Source of the DNA: an uncultured virus (IMG/VR IMGVR_UViG_3300044641_006529)
Lineage: Duplodnaviria > Heunggongvirae > Uroviricota > Caudoviricetes
Strand: one strand, 5' to 3'
DNA length: 64,000 nt
Virus record (IMG/VR): IMGVR_UViG_3300044641_006529
A program made the position numbers and the translations under genes. A model generated the notes under the pieces. That model had not been told where the DNA came from and made no database searches. It was given only the letters and a program-made list of their open reading frames with translations. Of this stretch, positions 9,199-20,400 are shown piece after piece. Every line of letters starts with the position of its first letter. The first letter of the stretch is position 1.

Positions 9199-9621
9199 AT
9201 GAAAATCACAGAAACAACCCAACAAACACCACAACTTTTTGTAGTTGAAAAAAAGACGTTTTTAACCGAAACAGAAATTGCCGACATTTTTCGCAAAGTG
9301 TGGAGAAAACGTTGGAACGAGGCAATTGCTTCAAAAATGGAAAACGCAGACGAAATTGATATGGAGCAAAACCTAAACGGCTTAGTTGAACGTTTGGTAA
9401 AGGAGGCGTTTTATGGCGTTAAAACAGAGGGCAAAAGTGCGGAGGGCAAAAAGTTCATTTTGTATTCAATTTGCAGCTACACAATTGCTCCTATTGACGA
9501 AGATGATGGAGAAACAGAAGTGTTTTTAGACGTTGAGGACTTTTGGCAAAACGAGGACGGAGAACTGATTGATGTTCATTCGGAGGAAAACGATGGTCTT
9601 ATTGCAAACGTAATTTTGTAA
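9199..9621 (+). CDS. Hypothetical acidic protein
   Basis: ORF between the RecE-like and RecT genes. Confidence 0.65.
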   Translation: MKITETTQQTPQLFVVEKKTFLTETEIADIFRKVWRKRWNEAIASKMENADEIDMEQNLNGLVERLVKEAFYGVKTEGKSAEGKKFILYSICSYTIAPIDEDDGETEVFLDVEDFWQNEDGELIDVHSEENDGLIANVIL

Positions 9622-9625
9622 TAGT

Positions 9626-10471
9626 ATGGATGCAGACAAAAAAACACAGATAGCAGCGTTTGAAAACGTGTTGGATAAATACAAAACAGCAATTAGTAAT
9701 TTACTGGGTACTAAATACGGCATATCACCAGCCGAGTTTATGGTAAAGGTTGTTAATGCTGTTAAGAAAACACCCGAATTACTCAAATGTAGTCCCCAGT
9801 CACTATTTGGCAGCATATTATATTTTGCTGAAATAGGTTTGCCGTTTAATACTCCCGAAGGATTTGGCTATATTTTGCCCTATAAAGTTAAGGGCAACTA
9901 TGAAGCAACGCCAATAATTGGTTACAAGGGGTTAATTGAAATGGCATATCGAAACCCTAAAATGAAAAGTATTCGCATACAAGCGGTTTATTCGAATGAC
10001 CAGTTTGAATACGAGTATGGTACGCTCGACTATATTAAGCACAAACCAATTGTGGTTGGGGAAAGAGGCGATTTAATAGCGGTATATGCAATTGCAAGAC
10101 TTGAAGGCATAGTCCCATTGTTCCAAGTAGTTCATAAAAACGAATTGGATGCCATTCAGAAACTCAGTAAATCGGGCAACAGCGACTATTCTCCTTACAA
10201 TAATGGAACTGATGTTTTTAATATTATGCAGTCCAAAGTTGCGTTAAAATTGTTATTTAAAACGCTGCCAAAAACCGACAACGATGTGCTTATAAAGGCA
10301 CTTGAACTGGACAACAAGTTTGACTACGAAAACAAGACACGCATTAAAGCTACGGACGATGGCTACGAAGTTTATCAAGAGCAACCAAAAGTAACCGCTA
10401 CTGAGGTACAAGCTATGCCCGAAATGGAAATTCAAGTTAGTCAACAATTTAACGAACTATTGCAATCGTAA
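9626..10471 (+). CDS. recT: RecT-family single-strand annealing protein
   Basis: PELLKCSPQS, GYILPY, IIGYKGLIEMAYR, AVYSNDQF and KTLPK motifs. Confidence 0.9.
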   Translation: MDADKKTQIAAFENVLDKYKTAISNLLGTKYGISPAEFMVKVVNAVKKTPELLKCSPQSLFGSILYFAEIGLPFNTPEGFGYILPYKVKGNYEATPIIGYKGLIEMAYRNPKMKSIRIQAVYSNDQFEYEYGTLDYIKHKPIVVGERGDLIAVYAIARLEGIVPLFQVVHKNELDAIQKLSKSGNSDYSPYNNGTDVFNIMQSKVALKLLFKTLPKTDNDVLIKALELDNKFDYENKTRIKATDDGYEVYQEQPKVTATEVQAMPEMEIQVSQQFNELLQS

Positions 10472-11229
10472 TGAGCCAACAAACGTTTATATTCATTCAC
10501 GACCAAGATTTGTTGCTGGAGTTTGAGAGAAACCACAAATTCAGCAATTTGCAAGGTTCTGTTTACTATATGTTTTTGGGCAATAGACCAGTATATAAGG
10601 TTATTAATAAGCCGAACGTCTATGTAGCACGTATGCTGACAAATAACATAGAGGAACACAAGTATTTTAGTAGCTATACTGGGTGGTATGCCGTGTTTCA
10701 TAATAATCTTATTAAAGCAGATATAGTAAATCTATTTGAATATGATATAAACTACGTTGCGAATATTAACGAAATTATTGATGCAATGATTGAGGGCGTA
10801 GATATGATTGGCTATATTCCATTGTTTATGCGAGATTATGAATTGTATAAAAACACAAAATGGAGCAAAGAGATTATTGAATCAATAGAAAAACATTATG
10901 GTATTAAAATACCCGAATTAATAGAGGGCGAATTGTCTAATAATCCTATTAAAAAATGGTGTGCGACCAGTAATTATACTTTTACCAAACCAACATTTGT
11001 GGAGTATATGCGCTGGTTTGCACCCATAGAACAAGATTTAATTGAGTTAGAGAATAGCGGACACGCACACGAACGCTCCATAACATATTTTCAGCTAATG
11101 TGTAATAAGAAAATTCGTAAAACAAAAGACATTATTGAGCATTTCCAGTTAAACTCTCACGGCACTCAGACGCACGATAACGAAACCAACGCAATCGAAA
11201 AACTAATAAAAAGCGAACCAAAAATCTAA
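10471..11229 (+). CDS. Putative glycosyltransferase-like protein
   Basis: FEYD, GHAHER and SH motifs reminiscent of GT-A-like phage proteins; adjacent to FkbM. Confidence 0.45.
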   Translation: MSQQTFIFIHDQDLLLEFERNHKFSNLQGSVYYMFLGNRPVYKVINKPNVYVARMLTNNIEEHKYFSSYTGWYAVFHNNLIKADIVNLFEYDINYVANINEIIDAMIEGVDMIGYIPLFMRDYELYKNTKWSKEIIESIEKHYGIKIPELIEGELSNNPIKKWCATSNYTFTKPTFVEYMRWFAPIEQDLIELENSGHAHERSITYFQLMCNKKIRKTKDIIEHFQLNSHGTQTHDNETNAIEKLIKSEPKI

Positions 11230-11235
11230 TTCACT

Positions 11236-11829
11236 ATGTATAGTCAGCAAGACGAGGAATACTACATTACCCAATATTTTAATGGAAGCGTAGGAACGTT
11301 TCTTGACTTGGGTGCTTTTGACGGAATAAACCTATCTAATACAAGGCGTTTAATGGAACTTGGCTGGGGCGGGGTATGTGTTGAGCCGCATCCGATAACC
11401 TTTAACAACTTGGAGCATAATTGCAGCCAATTTCAATCGGTTATGTGCTATCAGTTTGCAATGGCTAATAAAAACGATACGGTTGATTTTTATGTAAATG
11501 ACACTTATTACAGCACAATAAAAGAGGACGAACTAAGCAAGTGGGCTGGAGTACATTCTTTTTCTAAATCGCAAGTTGATACGCAAACCTTTGAACATTT
11601 TATGTCTTATAGTCCCTACAAGACGTTTGATTTTATAAGTATAGACTGCGAGGGCGTGGATTATGAAATACTATCTCAAATTAACTTAAAAGAGGTGGGA
11701 TGCAAACTTATTTGTGTGGAAACCAACAACGTGAATATAGAAAAATTTATAACGTATATTTCGCAATTTGAAAATTTTAGCGTAATTGCACGAAACAACA
11801 TTAACCTTATAATGGGAATAATATATTGA
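11236..11829 (+). CDS. FkbM-family methyltransferase
   Basis: YSQ, FLDLGAFDG..SNT, GVCVEP, FISIDCEG and ICVE motifs. Confidence 0.92.
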   Translation: MYSQQDEEYYITQYFNGSVGTFLDLGAFDGINLSNTRRLMELGWGGVCVEPHPITFNNLEHNCSQFQSVMCYQFAMANKNDTVDFYVNDTYYSTIKEDELSKWAGVHSFSKSQVDTQTFEHFMSYSPYKTFDFISIDCEGVDYEILSQINLKEVGCKLICVETNNVNIEKFITYISQFENFSVIARNNINLIMGIIY

Positions 11830-11832
11830 CCT

Positions 11833-12483
11833 ATGGAAAACAGCATTTTTAATTCAACAGATTACAAAGCCATTGATACAGCACGGTTTGAGCATTTAGC
11901 TGGTTTAGAAATACCACTAAAAGGAAAAACAATTTTGGAACTGGGTGCGGGTATTGGAAACCATACAGAAAACCTTAAAACATATAGTCCTAAAAAAATT
12001 ATTTGTGTTGAAGGTCGTGAACAGAATTTAGCCTATTTACAGCAACGTTTCGCAAAGCACAAAAGCATTATGTGTTTTTTGCATAATCTTGAATTAGGGC
12101 TACCCGATTTATCTGAATATAAAATTGACGTAGTGTACAATTTTGGTTTATTGTATCACCTATCTAACCCCGAAAAGCTAATTAAAGATTTGGCTAAATT
12201 GAAGCACGATACAATGATACTTGAAACGTGTGTTTCTACAATCGGTGAATTGAATCCAACTTTAGAACCAGCATCAAATGTTTCACAAGCGTTAGACGGT
12301 GTGGGTTGCAGACCCAGTTTAGATTATCTAACTGAACTGCTGAATAAAACATACGAATTTGTTGAAGTGTGTAAAACACAGCCTAACCATCCGCAATTTG
12401 ACGTTTATGGTGTCGTTACTCCCGAACAACTAAAACGTGTCGTAATAGTTTGCAGAAAAGTTAAAGCTGCAAAAAAATTATGA
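11833..12483 (+). CDS. Class I SAM-dependent methyltransferase
   Basis: ILELGAGIG, VEGR, GLLYHL and ILET motifs. Confidence 0.88.
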   Translation: MENSIFNSTDYKAIDTARFEHLAGLEIPLKGKTILELGAGIGNHTENLKTYSPKKIICVEGREQNLAYLQQRFAKHKSIMCFLHNLELGLPDLSEYKIDVVYNFGLLYHLSNPEKLIKDLAKLKHDTMILETCVSTIGELNPTLEPASNVSQALDGVGCRPSLDYLTELLNKTYEFVEVCKTQPNHPQFDVYGVVTPEQLKRVVIVCRKVKAAKKL

Positions 12484-13001
12484 ACCCTACCCCAATAGAT
12501 TTGCTTCCAAGTTTTTTACGCAAAATGGAACTGGCAAATACTACTACGCAATCAAGATATATATTTAACGTTTGTCCTATGGGAGCGGTACGAATGACGC
12601 AATCTGACAAATGGAAAAAGCCTAATCACATAAACCCTAAGTTACGTATGCGTGAGTGTGTGAGAAGGTATTTTGAATATAAAGATTTTTTAAAGGCGGC
12701 AGCGAAGCAAATGAATTACGAACTAAAAATAGAGTTAAACATAGTTTTTGTAATGCCTATGCCACAAAGCTGGTCAGCTAAAAAGAAACAAAAAATGGAC
12801 GGTATGCCTTGCGTAGTAAGACCCGATTTAGACAATTTAATTAAAGGTTTTCAAGACGCATTAGCCGAAACAGACGATGGTAATGTTTGGCGTTACACAG
12901 CCGAAAAACGCTATGGATATGAGCCAAAAATTGTTGCTATTGAAATAATGGAAAACCCATACAAAAGGGAAGTTGAGGAATTTTTAGACCCCACAATTTA
13001 A
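12480..13001 (+). CDS. rusA: RusA-family Holliday junction resolvase
   Basis: MPMPQSWS..RPDLDNLIKGFQDAL..DDGNV. Confidence 0.85.
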   Translation: MNPTPIDLLPSFLRKMELANTTTQSRYIFNVCPMGAVRMTQSDKWKKPNHINPKLRMRECVRRYFEYKDFLKAAAKQMNYELKIELNIVFVMPMPQSWSAKKKQKMDGMPCVVRPDLDNLIKGFQDALAETDDGNVWRYTAEKRYGYEPKIVAIEIMENPYKREVEEFLDPTI

Positions 13002-13660
13002 GCTATCGTTTTAAAGTCTGTTCTTATAATATCCAGCGCTCCGTCTTTACCAAGCATTTTGGCAATGTATGAGCGTGTTATTGTATTAACATCGTCTGCC
13101 AACGCTTTTGGAGTTGCGTGGTTTCCAGTACGCGCTTTTTTGCCCGTATCACCATACGCCCCAGCATTGTAAACAGCAATAATTCTATCAAGACGTAAAT
13201 AGCCTAAATACGTAGCCCAAGATTCATCCATCATTTGTCCCAAAATAATTGAGCCAATAAGAATGTTTAATTCGGGCTTAACTTGGTCAGCATTAGTAAT
13301 AGTGCGGGTTTTCCCTTTGGAATCAAATATAATTTGATATGCGCCAAGTTTTTCACGCTCTGCTGGTGTCAATCTCCCTTTAGCAAATTCGTCCTCCAAT
13401 TGCGCTTTGGCATATTGCCTATTCCATTGCATAAGACCTTGCGTTGGGTGTCCTTTGCCACCAGCGTTAGGGTCGCCCCCCGATTCAACTATTGTAAATG
13501 CTAAAAGAATACTTGCTGGTATTTTTGAATTTTTTGAAGCAAATTGAAAATATGTGCCATACTTTTTCATAGTGTTGCCAATAATTTCAACCAGCTTCTC
13601 TCTTGTATTCCAAGATGCTGGAGAGGTCAATCCCGCTGCTGGAACATTAAGTTTTGTCAT
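12998..13660 (-). CDS. Lytic transglycosylase (SLT family)
   Basis: IVESGG (catalytic Glu), GLMQ and AVYNAG motifs. Confidence 0.88.
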   Translation of the reverse strand: MTKLNVPAAGLTSPASWNTREKLVEIIGNTMKKYGTYFQFASKNSKIPASILLAFTIVESGGDPNAGGKGHPTQGLMQWNRQYAKAQLEDEFAKGRLTPAEREKLGAYQIIFDSKGKTRTITNADQVKPELNILIGSIILGQMMDESWATYLGYLRLDRIIAVYNAGAYGDTGKKARTGNHATPKALADDVNTITRSYIAKMLGKDGALDIIRTDFKTIA

Positions 13661-13669
13661 ATTATTTTA

Positions 13670-14335
13670 TTATTTTATGTTAGGAAAATCGTCTTTTATA
13701 ATCTGCAATGTCCCGCCAGTACCAATTATTTTTGTAATGAAATTTCGTGTAGGTGTATCAATTACGCTTAGATAATTATTTATAGTTGGGTGCGAAACGG
13801 TTGTGGCTTGTTTTCCAGCATCACTTTGAGTTCCACTATAATAAACAGCGGCTACTTTGTCCATACGAAGCCCAGCTTGGTCGTTTGCCCATTTTTCATC
13901 AAATAATTGACCTAAAATGATTGAACCAATAACAATGTTTAACGCCCCATTTAACTGGTCGCCAACTTGAATGTCACGATTCAGTTTTTTGTTTTTATCA
14001 ATGGTAATGTTGCTTTGTTTCAAAAAATCAATCTCGGCTGGTGAAAGCCTACCTTGTGCAGCTTCGTTTTCTAAAACTTGACGGGCAAATCGCCTATCCC
14101 ATTTCATTAATCCTCGTTTAAAGCCATCCCCACCAGCATAATAATCACCATTTGACGCAGCAATTATAAATCCTAAAATAACGCTTTCGGGCAGTTTTGA
14201 TGTGCGTGAAGCAAAATTAATGATAGTGCCATACTTATTGTAGGTATCCTTAATGGTTTTAACCTTTTTATCGTAAAGAATATTAAAATATTCATCGGGT
14301 GCTTTAACTCCCTTTGGAGGTACATTGAAATTCAT
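13670..14335 (-). CDS. SLT paralogue lacking the catalytic Glu
   Basis: Colinear with the 12998 gene, but IAASNG, GLMK and AVYYSG replace the catalytic motifs. Confidence 0.8.
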   Translation of the reverse strand: MNFNVPPKGVKAPDEYFNILYDKKVKTIKDTYNKYGTIINFASRTSKLPESVILGFIIAASNGDYYAGGDGFKRGLMKWDRRFARQVLENEAAQGRLSPAEIDFLKQSNITIDKNKKLNRDIQVGDQLNGALNIVIGSIILGQLFDEKWANDQAGLRMDKVAAVYYSGTQSDAGKQATTVSHPTINNYLSVIDTPTRNFITKIIGTGGTLQIIKDDFPNIK

Positions 14336-14418
14336 AGTTGCAAAATTTCCACAAACATAATAAATTAATAATTAACTACATTGGTAAGAACTTACCAAGT
14401 GGATTATATATAAATTTA

Positions 14419-14426
14419 TATATTTG
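14419..14426 (+). promoter_or_regulatory. Bacteroidota -7 element (TATATTTG) for the polyvalent-protein operon
   Basis: In the divergent intergenic gap, 15 nt before ATG 14441. Confidence 0.55.
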
Positions 14427-14440
14427 CAAATCTTTGTGCT

Positions 14441-17400
14441 ATGACAAAAAAAACAAACGATGGTAAGCGTGGGGGCAATTTAGTTGGAAAGCCCCACAAC
14501 GACAAAAACGGAAACCCCGTAGGCGGTATTAAAGCTGTTGTAAGTGATGCTGGTGGCAAGCCCGTTGAGTTGGAGGGTGGAGAGGTTATAATTAACAAAG
14601 AGGCATCAAAAAAACATTGGAGAGAACTCAGCCGCATCAATCAGTCCGCTGGTAATGGCGTACCAATAAATGAGCCTATTGACCCACACGACCACGACCC
14701 CGAAGATTCATATAAAGATGGTGGCAAAATCGAATTTAATGCAAACGAAGTGCCGAACCGTTGGATTTTGTCGTATGCAGAGAAAATCAGAACAAAACAC
14801 CCCGAAATTTGGGATTTAGGTGGTAACATATTTGGCAACGAAGCATACAAAAATTTAAAGCGTGTTGCTGAACGTGGCTACTGGTTGGATAGTGAAGAAT
14901 GGATGTATAAAAAATGGCGTTCGTTTGTTGCTCGTCACAAGCAAGATTTCAGAATAGCTGGGGTTATTGCAATGTTAAAATGGGCAGATAAAGTTGATAG
15001 GGGCTGGTCTTATATGAAAGACCTTATCGAAGCCGAAATTAAAAAGCGTGAAGATAAAAAAGGTTTTGGTGGTATTCTTGGAAAAGCAAAGGACAAAATT
15101 AAGTCTAAAGCCAAAGAAACAAAGCGTAACATTGCGTTAGACGTAATTTACGATACAAAGGATAAGGTTAAAGCCAAAAAAGACATTAATTCACTACGGG
15201 CAGCATCAGAACTTGTCGAAAATAAATATTCGCAAGGCGGTGGTGTTGTTACCTACAAAAATAAGTTCAATAAGAAGTACGGCTTTGAGCCAAACGAAAG
15301 CCATAGCCTTGCTGAAATTGCTAAACTGACAAAGCTAAAGCTATCAGCACTACAAGATATTTACGATAAGGGTATTGGCGCATACAAGACAAACCCACAA
15401 TCTGTACGACCAAACGTTAAGTCCAAAGAACAATGGGCGATGGCAAGGGTTTACTCTGCCGTTATGGGTGGAAAGGCTGCTAAAGTAGATGCTAACGAAC
15501 TGGAGCGAGGCAAAAAATATGCAAAAGGCGGTTTAATTGCTCCTAATGGAAAACAATCTAATCTAACCCCCGAACAATACAAATTAGTACGAACTAAAGC
15601 ATTTAAAGATTGGTTTGGCGATTGGGAGAATGACCCTAAAAACGCTTCAAAAGTAGTTGATGAAAATGGAGAGCCGTTGGTTGTTTATAGGGGTATGCCA
15701 AAGAAAAGACGAGTTGGTAATGTTTTTAAATACAATGTTAACTTATTCGGTACAAAAGGTGTTGGAGGTAGGCAAACCAATAAATTCGCATTCTATTTTG
15801 CTGACAAAAAAGAAGTTGCTGAAAATTATGGTGAAAATTTATCTGATGACGATGGTGGTTATATTGTTAAACCATATTTCTTGAATATTAGGAACTTATT
15901 TGAAGCGTTTTCAAAAAAGAATCAACACGAAATAAAATTCAAAGAACTTTATGATTTGGCAAATAAAACGGGAAAGCCAATCTACTTAAAAAATTATAAG
16001 GGCGAGGTCGAAACTAATTCTAAGGGCAATCCAATTCAATGGAAAGACCAAAGTTCTGAATGGGTAAATAAATATGAACACGGAGATATAAATTCAACAT
16101 TTTCCTATTTTGCGGATTGGTCAAACAAACAAGGGAATCAATGGTTTTGGAGGGTATATTTAGAAACGTATTTAAATTACAATGGATTGGTATTTTATGA
16201 AGTATCACAAAATGCGGATTATGATGAAGTAGGTAATAGTATAAAACCAAAATATGGTGATGAATACTCTAAAACCTATGCGGTCTTTAAACCAACCCAA
16301 ATCAAACTTGCCGATGGCAGCAACACGACATTCAATGGAAGTAACCCCGATATTAGGTTTGCCGATGGTGGCGAGGTTTATCATTTAGGGGGCGGTATGA
16401 GCAAGCGTCTTGCGCCAAATGGAAAGCCCAGCAATTTAACACACGAACAATGGCATTTAGTTCGCACACCCGAATTTAAGGCGTGGTTTGGCGATTGGGA
16501 AAACTCACCCGAAACCGCATCAAAAGTAGTCGATGAAAATGGTGAGCCGTTGGTGGTTTATCACGCAACAAAAAATGAATTTACCGTTTTTGAAGTCGGC
16601 AAAAACACTATTGGAACATTTGGAAAAGGAATATATTTTGCTAATTCAAAAGGATATGTTTCTGTATATAATAGGGGAGAAAAACAAAGAATTTTATCTG
16701 TTTTTTTAAATATTACAAATCCTATAATTATAAATAATAATGAAATGCCTATTGGATATGAACGATATTCTCCCGAAAGGATGAATGAAAATAAAGGCAT
16801 AAGTAGAGATTTTACCTTAAAAGCAAAAGCGGAAAATTTTAATGGAGTTGTAGCAAGTGTTGGTTATAAAGATATTGAATATGTCGTTTTTGAACCTAAC
16901 CAAATCAAACTTGCTGACGGTAGCAATACGACATTCGATGGCAGCAACCCCGATATTAGGTACGAGCAAGGTGGTGGGTTAGAATTTTACGAAAGAACCT
17001 ATGCCGATGGCACAAAGCAAAAATTTACAATCAAAGAATATTCGGATATTGTAAAAAATCGTGAACTTGGGAAGGGTATGGGTGGCGAAGTTTATCATTT
17101 AGTGAGCAAGCACCTTGCGCCAAATGGAAAGCCAAGCAATCTAACACACGAACAATGGCATTTAGTTCGCACACCCGAATTTAAGGCGTGGTTTGGCGAC
17201 TGGGAGAAACTTGCTTATGCAAAAGTTAAAGATGCTGCAATGGACGAAATAACTTTGGAAAACCTATCAAAAGACATTTCTAAAGTTGTCGATGAAAATG
17301 GTGAACCTTTGGTGGTTTATAGGGGCTTTAATTCAAAATCAGATAAAGGCAATGTTTTCGGTTATGGAGTAAATAGGTTTAAGCATAATCGTAAAGCAAA

Positions 17401-20400
17401 TAGGTTTGCTCACTATTTCACAAAGTCTAAAATTGTAGCGCATAAATATGCTGAACAAGGAGAGAAAAAAAACGATACAGACATAATTGTAAAAGCATAT
17501 TTTTTAAACGCAAAAAAACCATTAGACTTAACTATAAAAAATCCTAAATATCCTAAATTTGATGAATGGGTGAAAGTTAGGGATTCTATATTTGAAAATT
17601 CTGACTATAAGTTAATAGAGCAACTTGAAAAAAGACAAATACCATTACACTCATATTTGTTTTCAAGCGTAATTTCTTCCAATAACGAAAATGATTTGGA
17701 TGAATTAAGCAGATTGAAAATAAAGGAGTTGAACGACAAGATACAATCCCAAGCATCCGAACAAATGGAAAGATATAAAAGTTCGGAGGACATAGACCTT
17801 GTTAATCTTGTTAGCCTTATTGGTAAAACATCATTGGATGATTTATTAGGCTCTGAATATAATAGCAACGAGGCATCATCAAGGCGTAAAGTATATGAAT
17901 GGTTTATAAATCAAAAATCATCAGACACTTTGGTTGTTGAAGACTTGGATATGATATTGAGAAATTTCATACTAAAGAACAAATATGATGGCGGTGTTTT
18001 CAAGGAATGGCAATTCGGTATTAAAACAGAAACAGACAAAGAAGTGTACTTTGTTTTTGAATCAAATCAAATTAAGTTAGCGGATGGCAGCAACACGACA
18101 TTCAATGGAAGTAACCCCGATATTAGGTATGATAATGGTGGCGTTATTTATAGTGCGAAACAAAAAGTGTTAAGTGGCGAAATTAATTCAGACGATGCGG
18201 CTATTTTAATTGATGAAAATGGTTTTGAGGTTACTGACGAATTGTATGACGAATTAAGAGAGGCTGAAAACATATTTAGGAATAAAGGCAGAGGGCTTCA
18301 AGTTGGAGATTTGGTAATAGTAAGGGGTAAACACGGACTTGATAATTTTGAGGGTAATTACAGAGGCACTATGCCCGATGGCAAATTAATAGTTTGGACA
18401 AAAAGCGGAAGTCAAATAGCAATCAGCAAAGACGAAATAATCAATTCTGTTTCGGATAAATATTCTGCTGGCGGGGAAGTAAAGTTGAACACATACCAAC
18501 AAAGGATTAATGCTAACTTGGAACAAATGGGAACACCATCGTCCGAGTGGAGTGCCGTACCGATTAGTGGCTTTGCTGATACCGATGCAGACGGCAAAAT
18601 TGTAACAATGCCACAATTCTCTTTTCCACAAGGATATGTTAAAGCACCTACATTATTTCCTAATAATCAAAGCGGAAATATGAATTGCGAGTTGTGTGGT
18701 CGGATGCCTATAAAAAATGCTTTTTACATACAAAACGACAAGAAAAAGTTTACATTGTTAGTTGGTTCAGAGTGCGTAACGCATTTCGGGGAGGGCGCAT
18801 CGGGTAAACAAAATGAACGCTCTTTTAAGGTTGCAAGAGCAATTATTTTGGACAATGATATGATTATGTTAAAGAGGTTTTTAAACGACAACTTTAAGAC
18901 AATTGTTGATATTGGTTATGGCAGAAAAAACGCTAAATGGAAAACCTTTTATACGCCATCAGACGAAACAAGAGATTATTTTGCAGAAATATCCAAACTT
19001 AAAACATTGGGTGTTTTTGATGTTCTTTATGATACTAAAAAGGCAAATAAATACGACAACAATGATACAATATACACCTACTACATACATAGTATAGTTC
19101 CTACTTTTGGTTACGAATCAATAAAAAAGGGCGGCTACGGATGGTCTGACGAAAAAATAGAAAAAGACTTATTGACTTGGTATTCACGCAATGAAAAATT
19201 GGCTATTAGCATATATACCGCAGTTGAAAAATTGTGTAAGGCTTTTCAAATTGATTTTGACGAAAACCAATATATTTATTTTAAACAATATTTAGATTCT
19301 AATAAAATGGAATTTGGAGGCGAACTTGCCAAAGGAATTAAAACTGAAATGGAGCATAGTGCAACCATAAATAACTTTAAACGCAGCAACGTTTCTACTG
19401 AACAAGTTGCAACAGCTATTGCAAAAGACCATTTAAAGGAGAACAAAAAATACTATTCTCGCTTGTCTGATGTTGAACGTAAAATGAAGCAAGGGGGTAA
19501 CACTTTTGTAGCACGTATGGACACGCCCGATGGCGAACAAACACGCCTAACGTATTTCCAGCAAAACATTGTACGAACAAAAGCATTTAAAGACTTCTTT
19601 GGTGACTGGGAAACGGCAGCAAAAAACTTTATTGCTGATGGGTATCGAAACTTTGATGTACACTACGCAAACGTATCAAAGGTGATTAATTTACAAACAT
19701 TAGAGCCTATTGTATTATTTCACGGCACTAACACGGATAAAGAATTTTACGATTTTGACGTGGCAACCGAAAAGCAAATGGGCAGACCCTACGCATATTT
19801 TTCATACGAAGAAAAATATGCGGAAAACTTTATGCAATACAGCCAACGAAACCAAGCTGGTGTGCCTCTTAAATATAAAGCGTTTATAAATGTTCGCAAA
19901 CCTTTATATGCTGTTGGTGAAAAGTTTGAATTGAAAAGAGAAAACGAAGATTATTGGTTCGATGTAGTTACAGACCGTATGATTTTTGACATTTTGGGCA
20001 ACAGCCCTAACCAACAAAAAGTTGATGATTATAAAAACGTTTTCCGAACTCAAATTTATGGTTTTCTTCAAAGGGTTTTTAGTGGTAACAAATTGCCTTT
20101 TTGGACGGCAATGGCAAGGGATACAAAAAGCGTGTTCAAAAGATTTTTAATGACTTACAAGTATGATGGCATTATTTACCACGAAGAAATTTCAAGCATT
20201 TTTGATGAATCAGACCCATCACAATATACGAAAGCAGTTACGGTGTTCAACGCAAACGATATTAAACTGGCAGACGGCAGAAATTTAACGTTCGACCCAA
20301 TGAAGTCAGACGTTCGATATGCTGATGGTGGAAACATAAATACAACCAGCGTTGAGGTTAAACCAGTAAGCGAGATTGACGCATTAGGCAAACAGCTTTT

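Noticed and set aside
14441..14660. Tape-measure protein, suggested by the GG..G..H..GG..E.EGGE.II segment and FADGG motifs
   Set aside because: No long helical repeat region and no neighbouring tail genes; the rest of the protein consists of enzymatic modules.
15240..15510. Eukaryotic giant-virus origin, suggested by a DUF5824-like segment, the A32-like ATPase and GT genes
   Set aside because: Overlapping operons, Bacteroidota promoters, intrinsic terminators, DnaB/RecT/RusA and peptidoglycan hydrolases point to a bacterial host.
16300..18130. Diversity-generating retroelement template/variable repeats
   Set aside because: No reverse transcriptase is recognisable, differences are not adenine-specific, and all copies are coding.
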